A stretch of DNA of 64,000 bases from Ignavibacteriota bacterium (GTDB lineage: Bacteria; Bacteroidota; Ignavibacteria; UBA10030): positions 2,688,001-2,752,000 of the forward strand of contig OY969585.1 in NCBI GenBank assembly GCA_963701295.1, in the 5' to 3' direction. Both the position numbers and the translations under genes were made by a program. Under the pieces are notes generated by a model that ran no database searches, had not been told where the DNA came from, and saw only the letters and a list, made by a program, of their open reading frames with translations. This document shows positions 8,918 to 20,239 of this stretch, in pieces (positions within the stretch are counted from its first letter, which is position 1; each line of letters starts with the position of its first letter).

Positions 8918-10477
8918 ATGCTTAAAAGATTTTGGGTGACTAGTATTCTCTTCAAGGACTTGAGAATTCCTTTTTTTTTGGCTCTTTTTCAACTCGCAAT
9001 CCAAATGGTATTCCACGGAAACTACGGGTATTTTCGAGATGAGCTCTATTACATTGCTTGCAGCAATCATCTTGCATTTGGTTACGTTGATCAACCTCCG
9101 CTATCAATCGCCATTCTCTGGGTTAATCGCCTGCTCCTCGGCGATTCCCTTCAAGCTTTGCGATTTCTTCCGTCACTAGCCGGTGCAAGCGTCGTTCTTC
9201 TGGCGGCACTTATGGCACGCAAGCTCGGAGGTGGAAGACTCGCCCAGGGCCTGGCAGCACTTTCGATTGTCGCTGCACCCGGGCTGTTTGGGCACGCTCA
9301 ACTTTTTTCCTTGAACTCATTTGATGTCCTTTTCTGGGCCATTGCCGGGTACATTGTGGTTTGTCTTCTCACCGATGATAAGCCAAAGTTATGGATTCTC
9401 CTCGGTCTCGTTGTAGGGTTTGGCTTGTTGAACAAGTATTCTATGGGATTTATGGTTATCGGACTGATTGCCGGCTTATTGCTCACCCGACAAAGAACAC
9501 AACTTGTTTCCAAATGGTTCTGGTGGGGGGGAGCGATAGCCGCAATTGTGTTTGTCCCCCACGTCCTCTGGGAAATTGCGCATGATTTCCCCTCCCTTGA
9601 GTTCATGCGCAATGCGAGCATGTATAAGAACGTGCACCTTGGCGCCATCAGTTTTTTCGCGGGACAAGTCCGGGATATGAATTTCTTTAATCTAGCACTG
9701 TGGCTTGGGGGGATCTACTTCTTCTACAGGTACCATCAGGGACGCTATCGTGCACTGGCGTGGATATATCCTGTTGTGTTTTTTGTGATGGTACTCGGGA
9801 ACGGGAAAGTCTATTATTTGTCCGCCATTTATCCGCTCTTCCTTGCCGGGGGTGCGGTTCTATTCGAACTATTTGTTCGTGAGAAATCCCTCAATTGGCT
9901 GAAGCCCGTTTACTTAAGTTGTCTGATCCTGTCTGCTGTTATTTCCCTCCCCTTTGCACTGCCGTTTCTGCCAGTCGTGCAATTCATTAAATACCAACAC
10001 CTGCTTGGAGTCATGCCCCGGGCGGACGAAAAAACCGGTATCGCAGAACTCCCACAGTATTTGGCCGATCAGTTTGGCTGGAAGGAGATGGTTGACACGG
10101 TGGCAAGCGTCTACAAAACGCTGACACCGGACGAACAGGCGCAGTGCGTCATCTTTGTTCGCAACTACGGTGAAGCTGGTGCTATAGATTTCTTTGGGAA
10201 ACGGTATGGGCTTCCCAATGCTCTTTGCGCTCACAATAACTACTGGTTGTGGGGACCCGGACAGCGAACGGGTAATATCGCAATCATCTTTGGAAACAGC
10301 AGAAATCTCGAGGACAATTTTTCTGATCTACGCCGCCGTTATAAACACGTTGAGCTTGCCGCCACAACGAACGCCAAATATTGCATGCCGTATGAAAGCG
10401 ATCGTATGATTTTTATTTGTAAAGAAATGAATACGACATTTCAGAAACTCTGGCAGACAGAGCGATTCTATATTTGA
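8918..10477 (+). CDS. glycosyltransferase family 39 / ArnT-PMT-like membrane protein
   Basis: YFRDELYY..LAFGYVDQPPL, GLLNKY, GKVYY; AAGGAG RBS before ATG 8918. Confidence 0.87.
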   Translation: MLKRFWVTSILFKDLRIPFFLALFQLAIQMVFHGNYGYFRDELYYIACSNHLAFGYVDQPPLSIAILWVNRLLLGDSLQALRFLPSLAGASVVLLAALMARKLGGGRLAQGLAALSIVAAPGLFGHAQLFSLNSFDVLFWAIAGYIVVCLLTDDKPKLWILLGLVVGFGLLNKYSMGFMVIGLIAGLLLTRQRTQLVSKWFWWGGAIAAIVFVPHVLWEIAHDFPSLEFMRNASMYKNVHLGAISFFAGQVRDMNFFNLALWLGGIYFFYRYHQGRYRALAWIYPVVFFVMVLGNGKVYYLSAIYPLFLAGGAVLFELFVREKSLNWLKPVYLSCLILSAVISLPFALPFLPVVQFIKYQHLLGVMPRADEKTGIAELPQYLADQFGWKEMVDTVASVYKTLTPDEQAQCVIFVRNYGEAGAIDFFGKRYGLPNALCAHNNYWLWGPGQRTGNIAIIFGNSRNLEDNFSDLRRRYKHVELAATTNAKYCMPYESDRMIFICKEMNTTFQKLWQTERFYI

Positions 10478-10536
10478 ATTGACGAGCAATTACTATCCAT
10501 AGAAAGGTGTCTCTATATCGTGGGCTGCACGCCAGC

Positions 10537-10643
10537 GTATAACATCTGTAAAAATGAATCGTAAATTAGCTATATTAAAAAAGATATGAACTTTTGCGTG
10601 TATCTATGTATAGGCCTCCGGTTGGTTTTGTGAAACGTTAGGT
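10537..10643 (+). repeat. second, more degenerate attC-like site
   Basis: GTATAACAT...ACGTTAGGT ends; shares TATAACATC with the 8748 site; inner arms poorly paired. Confidence 0.5.
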
Positions 10644-10668
10644 ATCGTTGTTCTCAAAAGAAGAAATT

Positions 10669-11034
10669 ATGGCGAATCCTATTTTGAATGATAAAAATAT
10701 ATCCTGATGATGAAGTATTAACTCAATATCTTGGAAGAGTAAGAAAAACGTGAGATTTATTTATGGATTTAAAGAGTCGGTTATGTAAAGTAACTAAGAA
10801 GGAAAAAACAATTTGTTGGGTATCCATATGGGAAAAATATTTAAAGTCACTTTCTATTTTTAATAATAAAGCTGAAGAAGTAAAAAAATAGTTTTTTTAG
10901 ATGAAACAATTAAAGAACGCTGGTTGCATAATGAAAAAAATGCAAAACTTAGGCCAATAACCATAGAGATTAAGAAGAAAACTGATTTGAAAATATTGGA
11001 AGAATTAATAGAGATAAAAGGAAAGATCAAATAA
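10669..11034 (+). pseudogene. DUF3788-like pseudogene
   Basis: Fragments MANPILNDK/YPDDEVLTQYLG, LCKVTKKEKTICWVSIWEK, FYFNNK, LRPITIEIKKKTDL..LIEIK; frameshifts and an internal TGA. Confidence 0.7.
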
Positions 11035-11170
11035 GGAAATAATAAATATATAGGAATCTTACACAATGTATAGGAAATCATGGGAAAGAACAAATCAGAC
11101 GGGTGACAAAGAAGAAGAACGTAAAAAAACAACTTTATTTTTTCACTCAAAACAATTTACAGGAGGATAT

Positions 11171-13069
11171 ATGAATTCATTTCGGATCATCTTCGATCTG
11201 ATTGCTACAGGGAGCATTGTCTGCCTGCTAACAACCGTTGGGTACACGCAACCGCATAAACAGATCCCTATGCGCGACTTCTTTAAAAATCCTGAGAAAG
11301 CATTCTTTCAGGTGTCACCGGATGGAAACTACATCTCATTCACACAGCCATATGAGAAGCGTATGAACATCTTCATTCAGCCGCGGTCTGGTGGCGATGT
11401 GAAACGCATTACGTCAGTGACTGATCGCGATCTTGCCGATTACTTCTGGAAGGGAAACAACAGGCTGCTGTTCGTGAAGGACTTTGGCGGAGACGAAAAC
11501 TTCCACCTCTTCGCAGTCGATCGTGAGGGTAAGGAAATAAAGGATCTAACACCATTCGACAGCGTGCGTGTACAGGTGATCGACGATCTGAAGGACCACG
11601 AGAACGATGTCATCATTGGTTTGAATAAGCGGATGAAAGAAGTTTTCGACGCTTATCGGCTGAATACGGTAACCGGCGAGCTGAAGATGGTTGCGCAGAA
11701 TCCTGGGAATATCACTGGTTGGCTCACTGATCATGACGGGCGAATCCGCATAGCTACTACGACCGACGGCGTCAACACAAGCATTCTTTACCGCGAGAGC
11801 GAAAGGGATACCTTCCGAACGATTATGACGACGACATTCAAGGAGACGTTCGAACCACTCTTCTTTACATTCGACAATAAAAATCTTTATGCGGTGTCTA
11901 ACATCGGACGAGATAAAAGTGCCATCGTGACGTTCGATCTTACAAGCTTAAAAGAAACCGGCGTCCTCTTCGAGCATCCCGATGTGGATGTGGATGGTAT
12001 GAGCTATTCACGGTTTCGGAAAGTACTTACCGAGATCAGCTACGTCACGTGGAAGCTGGAACGGAAATTCCTTGATAAGGAAACAGAAAACATCTACGCA
12101 ATGCTGCAAAAGAGGTTTCCAAATTACGAGGTGTACCTGACGTTCAATAATAAGCAGGAAGATGTTTTCACTGTCCGTGTCCTGAGCGACCGTACGCTCG
12201 GTTGGTACTACTTGTACGAAAAGAAAACAGACAAACTCACAAAGCTCGCTGACCGGAATCCATGGCTTAAGGAAGAAGACCTTGCAGAGATGAAACCAAT
12301 CGAATTCAAATCACGCGATGGACTCATCATCCATGGTTACTTGACAGTGCCCAAGGGTGCTAAGCCGAAGGGTCTGCCAGTCGTGGTGAATCCGCATGGT
12401 GGTCCCTGGGCACGCGATGAGTGGGGCTTCAATCCGGAAGTACAATTTCTGGCGAACCGTGGCTACGCTGTACTTCAAATGAACTTCCGCGGCTCAACGG
12501 GGTACGGACGGAAATTCTGGGAAATATCGTTCAAGCAGTGGGGCAAGACGATGCAGAACGACATCAGCGACGGCGTGAAATGGCTTATCGATCAGGGGAT
12601 CGCTGACCCGCAACGCGTCGCCATCTACGGTGGAAGCTACGGTGGGTACGCCACGCTGGCTGGACTGACGTTCTCGCCAGAGCTGTACGCTTGTGGCGTC
12701 GATTATGTTGGTGTCTCGAATCTCTTTACGTTCATGAAGACCATCCCGCCATATTGGAAACCATACCTCGATATGTTTCACGAAATGGTTGGTGATCCAC
12801 AAAAGGACAGTACGCTGCTTGCCTCAGCATCGCCCGTCTTCCACGTCGATAACATAAAGGTGCCACTACTTGTTGCACAAGGTGCCAAGGATCCACGCGT
12901 CAATATCAATGAATCGAATCAGATCGTCGATGCGCTAAAGAAGAAGGGCATCGATGTCTCGTATATGGTCAAGGAAAACGAAGGACACGGATTCCACAAC
13001 GAAGAGAACCGGTTCGACTTCTACGAAGCAATGGAGAAGTTTCTGGCAAAACATTTGATGACGCATTAA
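11171..13069 (+). CDS. S9 family peptidase (prolyl oligopeptidase/dipeptidyl aminopeptidase)
   Basis: PHGGPWARD, GGSYGGY nucleophile, DPRV, EGHGF; AGGAGG RBS before ATG 11171. Confidence 0.94.
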   Translation: MNSFRIIFDLIATGSIVCLLTTVGYTQPHKQIPMRDFFKNPEKAFFQVSPDGNYISFTQPYEKRMNIFIQPRSGGDVKRITSVTDRDLADYFWKGNNRLLFVKDFGGDENFHLFAVDREGKEIKDLTPFDSVRVQVIDDLKDHENDVIIGLNKRMKEVFDAYRLNTVTGELKMVAQNPGNITGWLTDHDGRIRIATTTDGVNTSILYRESERDTFRTIMTTTFKETFEPLFFTFDNKNLYAVSNIGRDKSAIVTFDLTSLKETGVLFEHPDVDVDGMSYSRFRKVLTEISYVTWKLERKFLDKETENIYAMLQKRFPNYEVYLTFNNKQEDVFTVRVLSDRTLGWYYLYEKKTDKLTKLADRNPWLKEEDLAEMKPIEFKSRDGLIIHGYLTVPKGAKPKGLPVVVNPHGGPWARDEWGFNPEVQFLANRGYAVLQMNFRGSTGYGRKFWEISFKQWGKTMQNDISDGVKWLIDQGIADPQRVAIYGGSYGGYATLAGLTFSPELYACGVDYVGVSNLFTFMKTIPPYWKPYLDMFHEMVGDPQKDSTLLASASPVFHVDNIKVPLLVAQGAKDPRVNINESNQIVDALKKKGIDVSYMVKENEGHGFHNEENRFDFYEAMEKFLAKHLMTH

Positions 13070-13324
13070 GAAATTAGAAAAGGTTTCATTGTCAAGGAGT
13101 GACATCACTCCATTTGTGAAGCAGTTTTTCAATAAGGAATCGTGGACCTTAGATAAAAGCATCAGTCTATATATGGCACAGTTGAGCAATTTATGGTGCA
13201 AGAAGTGTTTGACATGCAAAAGAACGAAACTCGCGTTGCAAGAGAATTGCATTGCTTGTTCCACCGTTTTGCTCATAAAGAACTTGCAGTTTGATAGTTT
13301 GCAAAACGGTTACATAATACGCGT

Positions 13325-13457
13325 ACACATTATATTCCATAAGCAGTGACGGAAAAGAATAAGTTAAACGGAGTGACGACGAAGAAAGGCTCAAAGTTGG
13401 AAGGGAGAAGTCCACCTGAAAATTTAGAACGGAAGGCGGCTTTGAGCTGTCTTTTTT
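13325..13457 (+). ncRNA. candidate small RNA or leader with intrinsic terminator
   Basis: Putative TTGATA-N16-CATAAT promoter; five GGA motifs; AGGCGGC-TTTGA-GCTGTCT hairpin plus T-tract. Confidence 0.4.
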
Positions 13458-13484
13458 ATTTGGTGAAAGTAGCATAGGGTTTCA

Positions 13485-13513
13485 TTGTAACTGCTTTCCG
13501 GTTTTTGTATATT
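13485..13513 (+). promoter_or_regulatory. sigma70-type promoter of dusB operon
   Basis: TTGTAA-N17-TATATT. Confidence 0.55.
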
Positions 13514-13524
13514 GACAGAAGAAA

Positions 13525-14535
13525 ATGCGTATCGGCAAGATAAATATAGAAAAACCCCTCCTTTTAGCTCCAATGGAAGATGTAACGGATCAAGCATTTC
13601 GCATTGTTTGTAAGCGGCTTGGCGCAGATATTGTTTATACTGAATTTGTGAATTCCGAAGGGCTTGTCCGGAATTCCGAAAAGACAAAGAAGAAGATGAA
13701 TTTTCGGGATGAAGAGCGTCCATTTGGAATCCAAATCTATGGCGGGGAAGAGTCTTCGATGGAAGGTGCAGCACGCATCGCTGAAAGCCTCGAACCGGAT
13801 ATTATCGATGTCAACTGTGGCTGCTGGGTGCGAAACGTCGTAGGATCTGGCGCCGGTTCGGGTCTGCTTCGCGATATGCCAAAGATGGAACGCATTGTTT
13901 CCGCGATCGTGAAGACTGTAAGAATCCCTGTAACAGTAAAAACACGAATTGGCTGGGATGCCGAATCAATTAATATCGTTGATATTGCAAAGATGGTTGA
14001 ACAAACCGGTGCAGCAGCAATGACGATTCATTGCCGGACTCGGTCGCAGGCTCATAAAGGTGAACCGGATTTTTCATGGATACCGAAAGCGAAATCAGCG
14101 GTCTCAATTCCGATTATTGCTAATGGTTCACTTGAAACACAGGAAAAGATTCAAGACGTCTTTCAGGAAACAGGCTGCGATGGAGTGATGATTGGGCGCG
14201 GTGCCATAGATAATCCCTGGATATTCAAGCAGGCGAAATACTTTCTGAGCACAGGAATGCTTCAATCAAGTCCCACCATTGAAGAACGTTTCCGCCTGCT
14301 CATGGAACACTTACAACTGTCTGTTGAGTGTAAGGGTGAACGGAAAGGAGTTATTGAATTCCGAAAGCACTACACCGGATACCTGAAAGGATTGTACGGT
14401 GCATCAAAAGTGCGTCAGGAAATGATGATGTATGTTGAATTAGAGCCGACGATGGCTCGACTTTTAAAATATCGCGCTGAACTTCTTTCACACTTCGTCG
14501 TACAATTAAATTCCGGTCGCGTAGAAGCTGCGTGA
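13525..14535 (+). CDS. dusB: tRNA-dihydrouridine synthase
   Basis: LAPMEDVTD, DVNCGC, PVTVKTRIGW, IHCRT, DGVMIGRG. Confidence 0.93.
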   Translation: MRIGKINIEKPLLLAPMEDVTDQAFRIVCKRLGADIVYTEFVNSEGLVRNSEKTKKKMNFRDEERPFGIQIYGGEESSMEGAARIAESLEPDIIDVNCGCWVRNVVGSGAGSGLLRDMPKMERIVSAIVKTVRIPVTVKTRIGWDAESINIVDIAKMVEQTGAAAMTIHCRTRSQAHKGEPDFSWIPKAKSAVSIPIIANGSLETQEKIQDVFQETGCDGVMIGRGAIDNPWIFKQAKYFLSTGMLQSSPTIEERFRLLMEHLQLSVECKGERKGVIEFRKHYTGYLKGLYGASKVRQEMMMYVELEPTMARLLKYRAELLSHFVVQLNSGRVEAA

Positions 14536-14544
14536 GGAGAAGCA

Positions 14545-16290
14545 ATGGATAAAAAACAAATTGCAGAAATTCTTGATGAAATGGGAACTCTGCTCGAGTT
14601 AAAGGGCGAGAATCCATTTCGTTCACGCGCATTTCATAATGCATCTCAGATTATCTCCGGAGTAACGGATGACCTGTCCACTCTCGTTGAATCTCAATCT
14701 CTTACAGAAATCAAAGGAATAGGAAGCGGCATAGCTGGAATCATCACTGATTTAGTAAAGAAAGGAGTTTCAAAAAATTACGAAGAGTTACGTTCTTCTA
14801 TTCCAAAGGGTGTTCTAGAACTTCTTCACCTTCAGGGTTTGGGGCCGAAAAAAGTAAAAATTCTGTATGAAAAAATGAACATTAAATCTATAGCGGAACT
14901 TAAAAAGGCATGTGAACAGAAGCTTCTTCAACCCGTTGATGGATTTGGTACAAAGACAGAAGAAAATATTCTTAAAAGCATCGAGCAACGAGAACGGACC
15001 AGCAACAAACATCTCTATCCACAAGCACTCGAATCCGCGGAGAAAATTATCCGGATGTTGAAGAATATTCATGGAATTAAGCACTGCAACTACGCAGGCA
15101 GCCTTCGCAGGTGCAAAGAGTTGATAGGTGACATTGATATTCTGGTGAGTTCGGCAGATAAAAACCGTCCGGAAATATTGAAGAAATTTATCGGATACGA
15201 AGAAGTAGAATCTGTTCTTGGTACAGGAGACACAAAGGCAAGTGTTGTGTTAAAGAATGGAATTCAGTGCGATCTTCGTCTTGTAAGAGATGCGGAATAT
15301 CCTTTTGCATTGAATTATTTCACGGGATGCAAAGAACACAATGTAGAACTGCGATCGCTGGCTCGAAAATATGGCTGGAGTCTCAATGAATATGGTTTTA
15401 CTCACATCGAAGAGATTAATTCATCTCGAAAAAGTAAACACATTCCTTCCTGTGACAACGAGGAAGATATCTATAAGGCGCTCGGACTTCATTATATCCC
15501 GCCAGAGCTGAGGGAAAAAACGGGCGAGATAGAGTATGCCCAGAAATATGTCATCCCAAAGTTAATTGAGCTAAGCGACCTTCGTGGAACATTTCATTGT
15601 CATACGACCGACAGCGACGGCCTGAGCACACTTGAGCAAATAGTTGAAGCTGCGAAGAAGTTAGAATGGGAATATCTTGGAATCGCGGATCATAGTCAGG
15701 CAGCACCGTATGCTGGCGGATTGTCACCTGAAAAAGTCCATGCGCAAATAAAACATATTGATAGAATGAACCAAAAAAATGCAAACTTTCGTGTATTCAA
15801 AGGGACAGAATGCGACATTCTTTCTGATGGCTCCCTGGATTACACTGATAAACTCCTCTCCGAGTTCGATTATGTTGTTGTTTCCATCCATAGCAAGTTT
15901 AAAATGACTGAAGATGAAGCAACAAAGCGCATCATAAAAGCATTAAAGAACAAATACGTGACCATCCTTGGTCATCCGACCGGCAGGCTTCTTCTTGAGC
16001 GTGAAGGATATCCGATCAATACGAATGAAATTATCAAAGTTGCTGCTGATTATGGAAAGGCGATTGAGATCAATGCTCATCCAAAGCGGCTCGATTTAGA
16101 TTGGCGATATGTGAAGTATGCAAAAGAGAAAGGTGTCCGCATCTTTATCAATCCGGACGCCCATCATGTGGATGGCCTCAGCGATATCCAATACGGCGTT
16201 GGAATTGCACGTAAAGGCTGGCTTGAAGCAAAAGACGTCGTTAATACATGGCCCACCCGGCGAGTTATTCATTTTCTGGAACATAAGTAA
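14545..16290 (+). CDS. polX: DNA polymerase X / PHP 3'-5' exonuclease
   Basis: GENPFR, GSLRR..GDIDIL, DLR, YFTG; PHP motifs HCHT..SDG, DHS, HPTGR, DAH. Confidence 0.95.
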   Translation: MDKKQIAEILDEMGTLLELKGENPFRSRAFHNASQIISGVTDDLSTLVESQSLTEIKGIGSGIAGIITDLVKKGVSKNYEELRSSIPKGVLELLHLQGLGPKKVKILYEKMNIKSIAELKKACEQKLLQPVDGFGTKTEENILKSIEQRERTSNKHLYPQALESAEKIIRMLKNIHGIKHCNYAGSLRRCKELIGDIDILVSSADKNRPEILKKFIGYEEVESVLGTGDTKASVVLKNGIQCDLRLVRDAEYPFALNYFTGCKEHNVELRSLARKYGWSLNEYGFTHIEEINSSRKSKHIPSCDNEEDIYKALGLHYIPPELREKTGEIEYAQKYVIPKLIELSDLRGTFHCHTTDSDGLSTLEQIVEAAKKLEWEYLGIADHSQAAPYAGGLSPEKVHAQIKHIDRMNQKNANFRVFKGTECDILSDGSLDYTDKLLSEFDYVVVSIHSKFKMTEDEATKRIIKALKNKYVTILGHPTGRLLLEREGYPINTNEIIKVAADYGKAIEINAHPKRLDLDWRYVKYAKEKGVRIFINPDAHHVDGLSDIQYGVGIARKGWLEAKDVVNTWPTRRVIHFLEHK

Positions 16291-16305
16291 CGAAGGGGCA
16301 AATCA

Positions 16306-17238
16306 ATGAGTATCTACAACGTATTATCTTTCGAAATACCGATTATAGCCTATTCGGTGCTCCACCAGCATAAGAAGACGGTAACAGCGAAGGAATATGC
16401 AAGATCATTGCATGGTCTTAGATCTGAATTGAATAAAGAGAGCGAGCGAATAAAATCGGCATGGGAGAATCATATTTCAGATCTGACTGCGAAGACTGTC
16501 CAGGCAACGCGTGGGAATCTATCGCAGTTTCTTTCTACACCGATACAGTCGGATACAGGTGAAATTCAAAAAATTATGAAAGATCAAATTATACAGACCT
16601 CAGAGCAGTTACTGCCGAATATCCATTATGGATTAGCTGACGGATACGATGCAAGATATCTCATAGAAACCAAGCAAAGTGAAATACCAAAATCACGAAT
16701 TGCCGAAGGAAGGTCTTTCATGCAAAAGACCGGTTTTAAAATGGGGAAAAAAAGCGCATCTATCTTTGAGTCTCTCTATATCGTTCAAGGCGGCTCAAAC
16801 ATGGACATTTTAGAGAATATGGTGAGGAATGGTATAGGAATCTATAATTCAGCTCATGAAAAGAAGGCAAGCGAATTCGAGACGATGGCATGCTCGATCT
16901 ACAATCTTCTATTCTCAGATGGAGTTTCCTATAGTAGCTCAGATCGATTTGAGTTGCAAGTGAATTTTATTAAGGGGAAAGAGTCTTATGATGTATTTCA
17001 TAAGGAATTAGGCGAGTCAATTAAATATTTTCGGATGGAAATACATCATCTCAATGTCTCTGTCTGGCAGCGTAAACTTGGATTGGGAATAGGGGATGAA
17101 TATGTGCTTCGAATCTTAACTAAAGACAGATTCACTCTACGTGCTGCCGTTGCAGTGACTCAGAAGTTTTCGAAGGATAGGCATCTCGTTGCAACTGCTA
17201 TTCGCGGAGGAACTTGGCTGACAAAGGAAATGATCTAA
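16306..17238 (+). CDS. hypothetical protein
   Basis: 310-aa ORF spaced 15-16 bp from polX and nth, AAGGGG RBS; no family recognised. Confidence 0.75.
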   Translation: MSIYNVLSFEIPIIAYSVLHQHKKTVTAKEYARSLHGLRSELNKESERIKSAWENHISDLTAKTVQATRGNLSQFLSTPIQSDTGEIQKIMKDQIIQTSEQLLPNIHYGLADGYDARYLIETKQSEIPKSRIAEGRSFMQKTGFKMGKKSASIFESLYIVQGGSNMDILENMVRNGIGIYNSAHEKKASEFETMACSIYNLLFSDGVSYSSSDRFELQVNFIKGKESYDVFHKELGESIKYFRMEIHHLNVSVWQRKLGLGIGDEYVLRILTKDRFTLRAAVAVTQKFSKDRHLVATAIRGGTWLTKEMI

Positions 17239-17254
17239 TTTCTGAGGCAATTGC

Positions 17255-17905
17255 ATGAAGAGAATTAAAAAAGACGATATAATCAAACGAACGTCTTGGA
17301 TTATTTCGCGTCTGAAGAAAGAATTTCCACAAGCTCGTACTGCTCTTGTATTCGCTGATCCTTTGCAGCTTCTTGTATCAACCATACTTTCTGCTCAATG
17401 CACAGATGTAAGAGTTAACTTGGTCACACCGGCATTGTTTGCTAAGTACCGGCATGCTAAGGATTTCGCAGTAGCTGATAGAAGTGAATTAGAGGATGAA
17501 ATTAAGTCTACTGGATTCTATCGAATGAAAGCAAGGCATATTATGGAGTCTTGCGCTGCAATAGTCGATCGCTTTCAAGGTCAAGTACCACAAACAATGG
17601 ATGAGTTAATGTCGCTACCAGGAGTGGGGAGGAAAACAGCAAATTGTGTTCTTGGTGGAGCGTACGGCATACAAAGTGGAATTGTTGTGGATACTCATGT
17701 AATACGGATATCAAATCGACTCGGACTAACTCAGAACGAATCTCCGGAGAAAATAGAACAGGACCTAATGGAGCTAGTTCCAAAGAAAGAATGGTATCAA
17801 TTCAGCAATCTTCTTATTCTTCATGGACGGAAAATCTGCAATGCCCGAAAACCGATCTGCGAACAATGCGTTTTGTTGAAAAATTGTCCATCAGCATCAG
17901 TGTAG
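17255..17905 (+). CDS. nth: endonuclease III
   Basis: LSAQCTD, LPGVGRKTA, VDTHV, C-x6-C-x2-C-x5-C. Confidence 0.96.
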   Translation: MKRIKKDDIIKRTSWIISRLKKEFPQARTALVFADPLQLLVSTILSAQCTDVRVNLVTPALFAKYRHAKDFAVADRSELEDEIKSTGFYRMKARHIMESCAAIVDRFQGQVPQTMDELMSLPGVGRKTANCVLGGAYGIQSGIVVDTHVIRISNRLGLTQNESPEKIEQDLMELVPKKEWYQFSNLLILHGRKICNARKPICEQCVLLKNCPSASV

Positions 17906-18073
17906 TTAAGAGGTTGTCTAAGAGTTTGGTGTACTATGGTAGTTGAAATCTTTAGTTTTCGTTCCGTTCGATACCTTATCTAAAAAAAGTGACTTCAATA
18001 TTTTATAACAATCTCCAAGAAAATAATGCTTCACAGATGTTTTATGTAATTTGTCATAACATAAGGAGTACAA

Positions 18074-18628
18074 ATGAATTATTCTGATGCTTTGAATCTC
18101 ATGCATGAATATACAAAAAGCGATGCTTTGCGAAAACATATGTATGCTGTTGAAGCCGCTATGAGAGCGTATGCTCGAAAGTATGGCGCGGATGAAGAGA
18201 AGTGGGCAATTGTCGGTGTTTTGCATGATTTCGATTATGAAATGTATCCAACAATACCGGATCATCCTCTAAAAGGATCCGAGATTCTTAAGTCGAAGGA
18301 ATATCCGGATGATATTCGAAATGCAATTTTAGGTCACGCGAGTTTTAGTAATGTCTCAAGAGAAACAATTATGGGAAAAGTTCTTTATGCTTGTGACGAG
18401 CTCTGCGGTTTCATCTCGGCTGTAGCTATAATCCGTCCGAACAAGATAGCTGATCTTGAAGTCTCTTCGGTCAAGAAAAAACTCAAAGATAAAGCCTTTG
18501 CAAAGAATGTAAGTAGGAGGGATATTAACTTAGGAATAGAGGAGTTAGGCGTTCCATTTGAAGAACATATTAAGTTCGTTATTGAGGCGATGAAGGGAGA
18601 TGCCGAAAGACTTGAATTGAAACCATGA
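18074..18628 (+). CDS. HD-domain metal-dependent hydrolase
   Basis: LRKH..VE, LHDFDYE, HP..G, DEL.GF, KKKLKDKAFA. Confidence 0.88.
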   Translation: MNYSDALNLMHEYTKSDALRKHMYAVEAAMRAYARKYGADEEKWAIVGVLHDFDYEMYPTIPDHPLKGSEILKSKEYPDDIRNAILGHASFSNVSRETIMGKVLYACDELCGFISAVAIIRPNKIADLEVSSVKKKLKDKAFAKNVSRRDINLGIEELGVPFEEHIKFVIEAMKGDAERLELKP

Positions 18629-18732
18629 TCATTACTTTAAATGATTTGGTATTCTTGGGTAGTCGAAATCTTCAGCTTTCATGTCTTGACATTCCATAGT
18701 ACGCATACCGAAGTTTGCGACTACCATTATTG

Positions 18733-20172
<1,440 letters not shown>

Positions 20173-20239
20173 TCAATTTATATCCAAGTTATACGTTTTC
20201 TTGCATTTCTTTGCTTGTTCACCTATCTTTTCATTACAT

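Noticed and set aside
10860-11150. 96-aa hydrophobic minus-strand ORF
   Set aside because: Antisense shadow of the A-rich DUF3788 pseudogene
13089-13475. ORFs 13089..13349 and 13191..13475
   Set aside because: No RBS or recognisable motifs; overlap predicted promoter and terminator signals
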